DNA of 64,000 nucleotides from Candidatus Coprovivens sp. (GTDB lineage Bacteria; Bacillota_I; Bacilli_A; RF39; UBA660): NCBI GenBank assembly GCA_051892935.1, contig JBJFGS010000025.1, positions 32,001 to 96,000 of the forward strand, read 5' to 3'. Shown piece by piece: positions 30,714 to 39,863 of this stretch (position 1 is its first letter; each line of letters starts with the position of its first letter). The notes under the pieces were generated by a model. It saw only the letters and a program-made list of their open reading frames with translations, ran no database searches and was not told where the DNA came from. The position numbers and the translations under genes were made by a program.

Positions 30714-31051
30714 TTTAATAAATAATGAAAAGATAATTTAGAGCTATTGTACTATACAGCTTTCTCGTGCATCAAGTGACTTAAGAGTAATCAAAGAAAA
30801 AAAGAAGTAAAAATAAAACAAAGACTAAGATAACACAAAAGAAATCTTAGTCTTTTTTATATATAAAATAGTAATTATAATTAATAAATTAGATAATATA
30901 TACAAAGTTTTTAATATATAACACTTATTGAATATATTAAAAAGTCCCAGAACATATTTAGATACAATAATAAAAACAATAGATTGGAAATCATAATACT
31001 ATTGATTTTATAAAGATAGAATACTAAAATATAATAAAGGAGATAATACCA

Positions 31052-32584
31052 ATGAATATAGAAAAAATAAATCCAAATATAAAATATATATACCATTACA
31101 CATTAAAGGAAAATGTTGGGAAAATACTGAATGATAAAGAAATAAAATCAAAGGACAAATATGTCTTTTTTACTAAAAGCCTAGAGGACTCTATCACCGC
31201 CTTTGATAGAGAAATGATGCAAGAAGGCAAATTATATATTGATGTAGATGGAATATTAAGAAAAAGAGGAAAATGTAATAAAGATGATTACTGCATCTTA
31301 AAAATTCCCTATATAAACGATAACCAATTCTACAAATTTAGTTTTGCTAACCAAAGCAAAGAATCAATTTATACAATATCAATAAGTCATAAAGGATCAT
31401 ATCAATTCAAAGAAGCAAAAATATTAGAATTTCCTAAAACAAGAAAACTAAATCTATTTAACAAAGCCGCTATTGCTGCTGTTGTAGCAGGCATACTATT
31501 TCCTTATAATGTTTTTGCTGCCAGTTGGTTAGATAGTGAAAATTATGATATTAGTTGGTATACAAACGAAACATTAACTGAATACAAAATAACAACACCA
31601 AACCAATTAGCAGGACTTGCGTATTTAGTAAATAAAGAAAATGAAACATTCGAATCTCAAAACCTTATAATTAGTGAAGAAATAGACTTAACAGCCAATA
31701 CTTGGGAAACAATAAAAAGTACTTTCAAAGGAAACATTTTGACTGGCGGTACATGTGGAATTCACAGAATAATATTGAAAAATTTTGATGGTAAACTTAT
31801 AGAAAATCAAAATTTAGATATAGTAGAATACTCATATGAAATCTCACAAAATGAAAAAGACTTAATAAATGTCATTATTGGAGCACCTTACACAGTTGAA
31901 AAAATAAAAGAAATAACCGGAGCCGAAAAAGTGCTAATAAACAATTTAGAAACAACAGATAATCAATCGTTACTAGGTTTAACTGAAAATGATAAAATAA
32001 AAGTATTCACCAGAGAGCAAAATAATTTATTTATCAAAGATCAAAAAGGAATAATTACATCATTCATAATAGAAAGTGGAGATTCCATCGAATACATAAA
32101 AAGTCAATACTCTGAAAAAGTAAATATTCCTACAAATAAAATAGTTTTCAAATACAATGAAAAAGAGTTAAATGATAAACCTACGTTTGCAGATTATAAT
32201 ATCCAAAGAAACACAACAATAAATGCTTATATTATATTTGATATTAATACTAAAGTGGAACAAGGTAAAGGAGAAATAATAAGTTCTCAAAAAACAGCAT
32301 TAACAGGAGAAAAAATAACAATTTCAATAAAACCAAACCCAGGATATGAATTAAATAAATTAATAGTAAATGGAATTGATAAAACAAACGAAGTTCAAAA
32401 CAATGAAATAATCATAGAATGTGGTGAAGAAGACATTAATATAAAAGCTAGTTACGAATTAAAAGAAGAACAAATTATTAATCCAGATACAGGAGATAAT
32501 ATAATTAAATATATTATATTATTAATTACTTTTAATACAGGAATAATCCTATGTAATCTAAAAAAGATAATAAAAAAAAGTTAA
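31052..32584 (+). CDS. Multidomain surface protein: ART-like N-domain, internal signal/TM, GLUG-associated-like domain, beta-grasp, ubiquitin-like domain, Ig-like repeat, NPDTG anchor
   Basis: YHYT..N...I / YVFFT; AAIAAVVAGILFPYNVFA; QLAGLAYLVN; ...FADYNIQ; GYELNKLIVNG; NPDTG + TM + KKIIKKS. Confidence 0.75.
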   Translation: MNIEKINPNIKYIYHYTLKENVGKILNDKEIKSKDKYVFFTKSLEDSITAFDREMMQEGKLYIDVDGILRKRGKCNKDDYCILKIPYINDNQFYKFSFANQSKESIYTISISHKGSYQFKEAKILEFPKTRKLNLFNKAAIAAVVAGILFPYNVFAASWLDSENYDISWYTNETLTEYKITTPNQLAGLAYLVNKENETFESQNLIISEEIDLTANTWETIKSTFKGNILTGGTCGIHRIILKNFDGKLIENQNLDIVEYSYEISQNEKDLINVIIGAPYTVEKIKEITGAEKVLINNLETTDNQSLLGLTENDKIKVFTREQNNLFIKDQKGIITSFIIESGDSIEYIKSQYSEKVNIPTNKIVFKYNEKELNDKPTFADYNIQRNTTINAYIIFDINTKVEQGKGEIISSQKTALTGEKITISIKPNPGYELNKLIVNGIDKTNEVQNNEIIIECGEEDINIKASYELKEEQIINPDTGDNIIKYIILLITFNTGIILCNLKKIIKKS

Positions 32585-32688
32585 AATAGTTTAAAGGTGA
32601 AAAAAGTAAAAGACAAAATCAAGAAGATTTTGCCTTTTCTTATGATATAATAAAATATATAAATAAAAGAAAAATGAATTTGTAAGGG

Positions 32689-33150
32689 ATGATTAGATTG
32701 AAAAAAATTTTTATACTACTTATTATGTTAATATTTTTTATAACAGGATGTAATTCTACATCAGAAGATATTGATATTCCTAAAGGATATACCGATAAAA
32801 AAGAATATTTTGATAAAAATGGATTTCAAGACTATACAGATTATGCAAAATATACTTATCCAGAAAAAGATATAATAGCAAAAAATAGTGACTATAAAAT
32901 TATATCCCAAGATGACATCGAAAATATAAAAGGATACTTTGAAAACTTTAAAAACGTCATGGAATCATCCAATAGACTTGATGAATATGATTTTAATGAT
33001 GAAGTAATTAATGAAGGTGATTACATTAGAATTAAAACTAAAGAAGGAGAAAAAATCGGTGATTCAGAATACACAAAATATGATAATTATTCAATATATT
33101 ATTTTGATATAGAATCACTAACATTGTATTATATACATACTAATATATAG
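32689..33150 (+). CDS. Lipoprotein
   Basis: ITGC lipobox. Confidence 0.75.
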   Translation: MIRLKKIFILLIMLIFFITGCNSTSEDIDIPKGYTDKKEYFDKNGFQDYTDYAKYTYPEKDIIAKNSDYKIISQDDIENIKGYFENFKNVMESSNRLDEYDFNDEVINEGDYIRIKTKEGEKIGDSEYTKYDNYSIYYFDIESLTLYYIHTNI

Positions 33151-33232
33151 TGTAATATTCGCTAAAGACCAAATCTAAAAGATTTGTCTTTTCTTATGAT
33201 ATAATAAATTATATAAAGAAAATATAGTACAG

Positions 33233-33769
33233 GTGATTAAAATAAGTGAAATTAAATTAATAAATGGTTCATGCGCTGAACAAAAAGTAGATGCTATAGT
33301 AAATGCTGCTAACAGGAATCTCTGGGCAGGCGGAGGAATATGTGGAGCAATATTCAAAAAAGCAAGTTATAAAGAATTAACTCAAGCATGTAGCAAAATT
33401 AAAACACCATTAAAAGATGGTAATGCAGTTATAACACCATCTTTTAATATTAGTAATTGCAAATATATAATACATGCTGTAGGTCCAGATTTTGGAAAAA
33501 CACCATCAGCGTTTAAAGAGTTATACGACGCATATTATAACTCATTAATTGTACTAAGAGAAAACAATTTACATTCTATATCATTCCCATTAATAAGTTC
33601 AGGAATATTTGGCTATGGATTAGATAACCCAGTAGAAGAATCGACCAAACAATGTTTAAGAGCATATAATAAATTTATTAATGATTACCCAGATTATGAA
33701 ATTAACGTTTTACTATGTGCTTATAATAAGAAAGAATATATAATTGCTAAAGAAATACTAAATATATAA
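33233..33769 (+). CDS. Macrodomain ADP-ribose glycohydrolase (MacroD type)
   Basis: VNAAN, GGGICGAI, HAVGP, FPLISSGIFG. Confidence 0.92.
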   Translation: MIKISEIKLINGSCAEQKVDAIVNAANRNLWAGGGICGAIFKKASYKELTQACSKIKTPLKDGNAVITPSFNISNCKYIIHAVGPDFGKTPSAFKELYDAYYNSLIVLRENNLHSISFPLISSGIFGYGLDNPVEESTKQCLRAYNKFINDYPDYEINVLLCAYNKKEYIIAKEILNI

Positions 33770-33958
33770 AAACATTGATAATATAAGCAAAATATAACAA
33801 ATAAAAAAAGATTCAAAATAAATAATTATCAAAATCAAATGAAGCAACCAATAGTTGCTAAAATGTTAAGCAAAATATGTTGCATAAACATAAAACCATA
33901 GTATAATTAGAGTAGTTGCATAAAAAAGAAAAATAATATAAGAAATTAAGGTGGTAAC

Positions 33959-35476
33959 ATGTTTAATGTATTAGATTATCTAGAAAATTCTGCAGCAAAA
34001 TATAAAAATAAAATAGCTGTAATTGAAGAAGAAAAAAATATCTCATATGAAGAACTATATCATATGAGTAAAAGAGTAGGATCATACTTTGCAACTAAAA
34101 ATATTTCCAATGAATTAATAGTAGTATTTATGGATAAAGGAATAGACACACTAATATCTTTCTTCGGAAGTGTATATGCAAATTGCTATTATAGTCTAAT
34201 AAATCCAGAGCTACCAGAAGTAAGAATTAATAATATAAAAGAAACAACAAACGTAAAATATATAATTACTAATGATGAATATGAGGAAATAGCTAAAAAG
34301 TATTTTGAAGATTTAGAAATAATAAATATTAAAACTTTGAAAGAAAACGAAATAAACGAAGAAGCACTTTCTATATCTAGAAATAATCATATTGATTGTG
34401 ATCCACTATATGTAAATTTTACTTCAGGTTCAACCGGTATTCCAAAGGGAGTGGTTGTATCACATCGTTCTGTTATAGACTTTATTGATAAATTTACTGA
34501 ACTATTTCACTTTAAGAGTAATGATATAATAGGAAATCAAGCTCCTTTTGATTTTGATGTTTCAGTAAAAGATATTTACTCATCAATAAAGATAGGAGCA
34601 ACATTAGTCATTATTCCTAAAAAGTATTTTTCTAGTCCATCAAAACTATTAGATTATATTTGTGATAATAAAGTTACAACACTAACATGGGCTGTTTCAG
34701 CATTATGTTTAATTACAACATTCCATGGATTAGAATACAAAACCCCTATAACAGTAAATAAAGTTATATTTAGTGGTGAAGTAATGCCATTAAAGCATTT
34801 GAAACAATGGATGGAACATCTTCCAAAAGCAACATTTATAAATGTGTATGGTCCAACAGAAATTACATGCAATTGCACATATCATATAATAGATAGAAAT
34901 AGAGATTACACAGATAAGATTCCGATAGGAATTCCATTTCCTAATGAAAGAATTTATCTATTAAATAATGAAAATAAACTAATTACAACCCCTAATGAAA
35001 CAGGTGAGATTTGTGTAGGGGGAACATGTCTAGGTTTAGGATACTTTAATAATAAAGAACAAACAGAAAAAGCATTTATTCAAAACCCAACAAATGAAAA
35101 GTATATTGATCTAATTTATAGAACCGGAGACTTAGGATACTATAACGAACAAAAAGAACTAATGTTTAGTGGCAGAAAAGACTTCCAAATAAAATATCAA
35201 GGACATCGTATAGAACTTGAAGAAATAGATAAAGCATTAATGAATATTGAAAACATCATTAGAAGTTGTACTATATTTGAGGAGGAAAAGAGTAAATTAT
35301 ACGGTTTTTATATAGGAGACATTGATTCAAAAGAATTACACCATAAACTAAAAGAAATACTACCTATATACATGATACCTACTAAATTAATAAAGATGAA
35401 TGAATTCCCAATGACCAAAAACGGAAAAATAGATCGTAAAAAATTAATGGAATGTAAAGGTGAAAAAAATGATTAA
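33959..35476 (+). CDS. Stand-alone amino acid adenylation enzyme (DltA-like)
   Basis: FTSGSTGIPKG, FDFDVS, YGPTE, YRTGD, GRKDFQIK..GHRIEL, NGKIDR. Confidence 0.92.
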   Translation: MFNVLDYLENSAAKYKNKIAVIEEEKNISYEELYHMSKRVGSYFATKNISNELIVVFMDKGIDTLISFFGSVYANCYYSLINPELPEVRINNIKETTNVKYIITNDEYEEIAKKYFEDLEIINIKTLKENEINEEALSISRNNHIDCDPLYVNFTSGSTGIPKGVVVSHRSVIDFIDKFTELFHFKSNDIIGNQAPFDFDVSVKDIYSSIKIGATLVIIPKKYFSSPSKLLDYICDNKVTTLTWAVSALCLITTFHGLEYKTPITVNKVIFSGEVMPLKHLKQWMEHLPKATFINVYGPTEITCNCTYHIIDRNRDYTDKIPIGIPFPNERIYLLNNENKLITTPNETGEICVGGTCLGLGYFNNKEQTEKAFIQNPTNEKYIDLIYRTGDLGYYNEQKELMFSGRKDFQIKYQGHRIELEEIDKALMNIENIIRSCTIFEEEKSKLYGFYIGDIDSKELHHKLKEILPIYMIPTKLIKMNEFPMTKNGKIDRKKLMECKGEKND

Positions 35477-36629
35477 TTTTGAAAAAATAGCCAAAGAATA
35501 CGGAACACCAACATTCATATATGATATTTCAACATTAAAAAAGAGAATATCATATCTAAAAGAAAATTTACCAGAAAACATTAATCTTGTATATGCTGTT
35601 AAAGCAAACACATTTATAATCAAAGAATTAGAAAAAGACGTAGAAAGATTCGAAATATGTTCAAAAGGTGAATTCGATATATGTAATAAACTTAATATCG
35701 ATTACAAAAAAATGGTCATCTCCGGTGTCAACAAAGATGACGCATCAATAGATGAAATGATTTCAAACTATAAAGAAATAGGCAAATATACTATAGAATC
35801 AGTTAATCAATATAAACTTTTAAAAGAAAAGTGTGAAAAATATAATAGAAATATTAACGTTTTAATAAGACTTACATCAGGAAACCAATTTGGTGTAAAT
35901 GAAGAAGAAGCAATCGATATATTAAAAGAAAATAATGAATTTATTAATATATCAGGATTTGAATACTTTTCCGGTACTCAAAAACATTCAATAAAAAAGA
36001 TTAACAAAGAAATTGATTACTTAGTAGAATTCGTTAATAAAGTTGAACAAGAACTAAATATATCAATCGAAGAAATAGAATATGGACCAGGATTCCCAGT
36101 TTACTATTTCCAAGATGATGAATTTGCTGAAGATGAATTTCTAAAAGAAGTTTGTATAGCCTTAGAAAAAATGAAGAACAAAAAAATATCTTTAGAATTA
36201 GGACGTAGTATAGCAGCCAGCTGTGGTTACTACTTAACAAAAGTAGTTGATATGAAAACTAATAAAAACGGCAATCACATAATTTTAGATGGCGGAATAA
36301 ATCATCTAGTATACTATGGTCAAACAATGGCAATGCGTATTCCAAAATACAAACTATTACCCGAGAAAGAAGATACAGAAGAAACTTATAACCTATATGG
36401 TTCATTATGTACAATAAACGATATAATAATTAAAAGTTTAAAAACTAGAAAACTACAAACAGGTGATTTATTCGTTTTTGAAAACGTCGGAGCATACTCT
36501 ATAACAGAAGGAATTGCACTATTCCTTAGTAGAGACATGCCCAAAGTTATATTATACGACGAAACAAATGAATCAAAATTAATAAGAAATACAATAAAAT
36601 CAAGTGAAATTAATTGTCCAAAGTATTAG
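35469..36629 (+). CDS. PLP-dependent decarboxylase, fold type III (LysA/BtrK/VinO-like)
   Basis: YAVKAN (PLP Lys), GPGF, ELGRSI, DGG, GSLCTIND, GAYS. Confidence 0.88.
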   Translation: MINFEKIAKEYGTPTFIYDISTLKKRISYLKENLPENINLVYAVKANTFIIKELEKDVERFEICSKGEFDICNKLNIDYKKMVISGVNKDDASIDEMISNYKEIGKYTIESVNQYKLLKEKCEKYNRNINVLIRLTSGNQFGVNEEEAIDILKENNEFINISGFEYFSGTQKHSIKKINKEIDYLVEFVNKVEQELNISIEEIEYGPGFPVYYFQDDEFAEDEFLKEVCIALEKMKNKKISLELGRSIAASCGYYLTKVVDMKTNKNGNHIILDGGINHLVYYGQTMAMRIPKYKLLPEKEDTEETYNLYGSLCTINDIIIKSLKTRKLQTGDLFVFENVGAYSITEGIALFLSRDMPKVILYDETNESKLIRNTIKSSEINCPKY

Positions 36630-36643
36630 AAGGAGTGAGTTAT

Positions 36644-36874
36644 ATGGAAAAATTAATTGAAATATTAGAGGAACTAAACCCAGATGTTGATTACAACACA
36701 ACAGAAAACTTAATAGATGGAAGATATTTAGATTCACTAACAATCTTATCATTAGTAGCAGAAATAGAAGATGAATTTGATGTAGAAATACCAACAGTAG
36801 AAATAATACCTGGAAATTTTAATTCAGCAAAGAAAATTTGGGAACTAATTAAAAAACTAAAAGAGGAAGAATAA
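36644..36874 (+). CDS. Acyl/aminoacyl carrier protein (DltC-like)
   Basis: LDSL phosphopantetheine site, EDEFDVEI, NFNS. Confidence 0.92.
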   Translation: MEKLIEILEELNPDVDYNTTENLIDGRYLDSLTILSLVAEIEDEFDVEIPTVEIIPGNFNSAKKIWELIKKLKEEE

Positions 36875-38463
36875 TGTCATATTTGCATCCTGCTTATTCT
36901 TTCCTTTTTTTACCTATTCTTATAGTTATATATAATATCTTACCAAAAAAGGTTAGACCATATTTATTATTAATTAGTAGTTTAGGTTTTTTTGCTTTCA
37001 TAAGTAAAGGTCTAATAATATTTCTAATACTATCTATAATATCAATTTATCTAGTAGCTAGATATCTTACTAAAATAGATAAAAAAAGAGACCAAGTATT
37101 AGAAAATGCAGAGAAAGAACAAAAAAAAGAAATAAAAGAACAATATAAGAAAAAAAAGAAAATAATACTTATAATCGGTATTCTATTTAATATAGCATTC
37201 CTATTTTTCTTCAAATATCTAAATTTTTTTGGTTCTATAGCCAATGACATATTAAATTTATTTAATATAAATTGTCATTATACAATAATAAAAATTGCTG
37301 CACCAATAGGGATTTCATATTATACATTACAAGCAGTATCCTATATATTAGATGTATACAACGAAAAAATAGAAGCATCAAAAAACTTCTTCAAAGTCGC
37401 TTTATATTTATCATTCTTTCCTCAAATAATGGAAGGACCAATAGCTAAATACGAAGATACAGCTGACGATTTATTTGAAGGTAATAAAGTTACTTATAAA
37501 AATTTCTGTTTTGGTTATCAAAGAATTCTATATGGTTTTTTCAAAAAATATGTTATAGCAGATCGTATTAATATCATAGTCAAAACAATCTTCGAAGGAT
37601 ATGCGCTATACAGCGGCATTCCGATTTGGCTAGGTGTAATTTGTTACACTATTATGCTTTATATGGAATTTTCTGGAACGATGGATGTTGTAATCGGAAC
37701 AGGTGAAATGTTTGGTATAAAAATACCTGAAAACTTTAGACAACCATTCTTTGCTAAAAACATCTCAGAATTTTGGACTAGATGGCACATAAGTTTAGGA
37801 ACATGGTTTAAAAACTATATTTTCTTTCCTGTTTCACTATCAAAACCAGTAAAAAAACTAACACTTAAAACAAGAAAAATTCTTGGAAATAGATTTGGCC
37901 AACTAATAGGTGGAGCTATAGCACTATTTGCAGTATGGTTCTTAAACGGGTTATGGCATGGTGCAGGATGGACATTCCTATTCTACGGTATGTACCAATT
38001 TACACTAATATTATTAGGTAATATATTCGAACCAACAATAAACAAAATTTGTGCAAAAATCCATCTAAATCGTCAAAACAAAGTATACAGAATATTCCAA
38101 TCTATAAAAATGACATTCTTTGTCTTTATAGGAGAGTTATTCTTTAGAGCACCATCTTTAAAAGTTGGATTCGAAATGTTATATAAAATGTTTTGTAACA
38201 TAAAACTATCATCATTAACAAATGGTGAATTATTACATTTAGGTGTAGATTTATGTGACTATGGAATAGTCATAATAGCTCTTATAGTAATATTTATAAT
38301 AAGTCTATTAAAAGAAAAAAACATTAATATAAGAGAAGAAATAAGTAAGAAGAATATCTTTATTAGATGGAGTCTATACTACATATTAATAATTTCAATA
38401 ATAATATTTGGAGCTTATGGACCAGGTTACATTCCAGTAGATCCAATATATGCAGATTTTTAG
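36874..38463 (+). CDS. MBOAT O-acyltransferase (DltB/AlgI family) with a C-terminal IYxxF motif
   Basis: PIGISYYT, FFPQ..EGPI, ENF.QPFF..NISEFWTRWHISL, GLWHG; ends DPIYADF. Confidence 0.93.
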   Translation: MSYLHPAYSFLFLPILIVIYNILPKKVRPYLLLISSLGFFAFISKGLIIFLILSIISIYLVARYLTKIDKKRDQVLENAEKEQKKEIKEQYKKKKKIILIIGILFNIAFLFFFKYLNFFGSIANDILNLFNINCHYTIIKIAAPIGISYYTLQAVSYILDVYNEKIEASKNFFKVALYLSFFPQIMEGPIAKYEDTADDLFEGNKVTYKNFCFGYQRILYGFFKKYVIADRINIIVKTIFEGYALYSGIPIWLGVICYTIMLYMEFSGTMDVVIGTGEMFGIKIPENFRQPFFAKNISEFWTRWHISLGTWFKNYIFFPVSLSKPVKKLTLKTRKILGNRFGQLIGGAIALFAVWFLNGLWHGAGWTFLFYGMYQFTLILLGNIFEPTINKICAKIHLNRQNKVYRIFQSIKMTFFVFIGELFFRAPSLKVGFEMLYKMFCNIKLSSLTNGELLHLGVDLCDYGIVIIALIVIFIISLLKEKNINIREEISKKNIFIRWSLYYILIISIIIFGAYGPGYIPVDPIYADF

Positions 38464-38472
38464 GTGATCATA

Positions 38473-39408
38473 ATGAAAAATATTTTAAAAAGCATAATAT
38501 TTGTAACAATATTTATCCTAATCCTAGTAATTTTAACTTTTATACTATTGCCTAGTAAAGACATATTAGAATTTGGTGTATACAATATTTCAAAATATGA
38601 GATACTTGGTGAGAAAAGAGATACAATCGATGTCGTAGCAATAGGAGATAGTCTTGTATATAGTTCATTATCTCCTATGGAAATATGGAACGAATATGGA
38701 TATACAGCTTTTGATAGTGCCGAGCCAGCTCAAATAATAGAAAATACATACAAAAGTGTCGATATAGCTATAAAAAGTCAACATCCAAAAATAATACTAT
38801 TAGAAGCAAATGTAATTCTAAGAGATCCAAAAAATCAAAACAAATACACTAGACTATATAGAGAAAATAAAGACTTTAATCCATTAGGTCTACACCATAA
38901 TAACTGGAAAAACTATATTACATATGGAGATAAGTCAGAATGGATAAATGTGTACAAAGGTTTCAAATTCATTACCAAAATAGAGCCTTCAAAAAACAAA
39001 GCATATATGAAACCATCAAAAGAATTAAGAGTAATACCAAACAACAACCTAAAAGTATTCAATAAAATCGTATCACTATGTCAAAAAAACGATGTTAAGC
39101 TAGTTTTAATAAGCTTTCCAACTCAAACATCTTGGGGATACAAAAAACATAACACAATAGCTAAAATTGCCTCAGAAAACAATTTAGAATTTATTGATTT
39201 AAATCTAATAGATTTAGGAATTGATTGGCAAATAGATACTAAAGATAATGGTTCACATTTGAACTATCGCGGAGCTCTAAAAGCAACAAAATATATAGGA
39301 GAATACCTAAGCAAACTAGAAATGTTAGAAGATAAAAGAAAAAATCCAGAATACGAATCCTGGAATAAAGCTTATGAAAAATATATAAAAACGGAAGCAA
39401 TGGCATAG
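38473..39408 (+). CDS. Membrane-anchored SGNH protein (DltD/AlgJ-like acyltransferase)
   Basis: N-terminal TM; GDSL nucleophile motif; DNGSHLN. Confidence 0.82.
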   Translation: MKNILKSIIFVTIFILILVILTFILLPSKDILEFGVYNISKYEILGEKRDTIDVVAIGDSLVYSSLSPMEIWNEYGYTAFDSAEPAQIIENTYKSVDIAIKSQHPKIILLEANVILRDPKNQNKYTRLYRENKDFNPLGLHHNNWKNYITYGDKSEWINVYKGFKFITKIEPSKNKAYMKPSKELRVIPNNNLKVFNKIVSLCQKNDVKLVLISFPTQTSWGYKKHNTIAKIASENNLEFIDLNLIDLGIDWQIDTKDNGSHLNYRGALKATKYIGEYLSKLEMLEDKRKNPEYESWNKAYEKYIKTEAMA

Positions 39409-39731
39409 TCACCATCATGAGATATAGATAAAGAAATATTACTAAAATTGTAATCTTCTTTAATCTTACCTTGAAAGATAAAATAAGGTGCACCATTCAT
39501 ATTGTGACTTACTATAATATCCTTTAAGGAATAATCACTTATTCCTTTTTTTATTGCTTTTAAAAATGCCTCCTTAGCAGCATAAATACCAGCTATAGAA
39601 GCTAAAGAATAATCACACTTTTTCAAATAATATAATTCAATATCATTAAAATTATCATTTAAAAACTTATTATTCTTAGAAATACTTTTAAATCTATTAA
39701 TTTCAACTAAATCAATACCATTAGATATCAA
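39372..39731 (-). CDS. acpS: Holo-ACP synthase
   Basis: GIDLVEI, AAKEAFLKA, G.P, LSISHDGDYAIA; convergent with and overlapping the SGNH gene. Confidence 0.93.
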   Translation of the reverse strand: MISNGIDLVEINRFKSISKNNKFLNDNFNDIELYYLKKCDYSLASIAGIYAAKEAFLKAIKKGISDYSLKDIIVSHNMNGAPYFIFQGKIKEDYNFSNISLSISHDGDYAIASVFIYFS

Positions 39732-39863
39732 TCTAACCACCTCAAATAAATAATAACACATTTATAATTAGAAAGGATAACTTAATATCAAAAATAAAAA
39801 ACATATTTATTGATAAGAAATAGTTTTTATATTATAATAAAAACAAGATAAAGGGTGATTATA

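Noticed and set aside
35469-36629. Housekeeping lysA
   Set aside because: Embedded between the adenylation enzyme and ACP genes, lacks the typical HIGSQ motif (YFSGTQ), and no dap genes are adjacent
33959-39408. Canonical dltXABCD operon
   Set aside because: Different gene order, extra decarboxylase, long AlgI-type MBOAT with a fused shuttle motif, and no dltX
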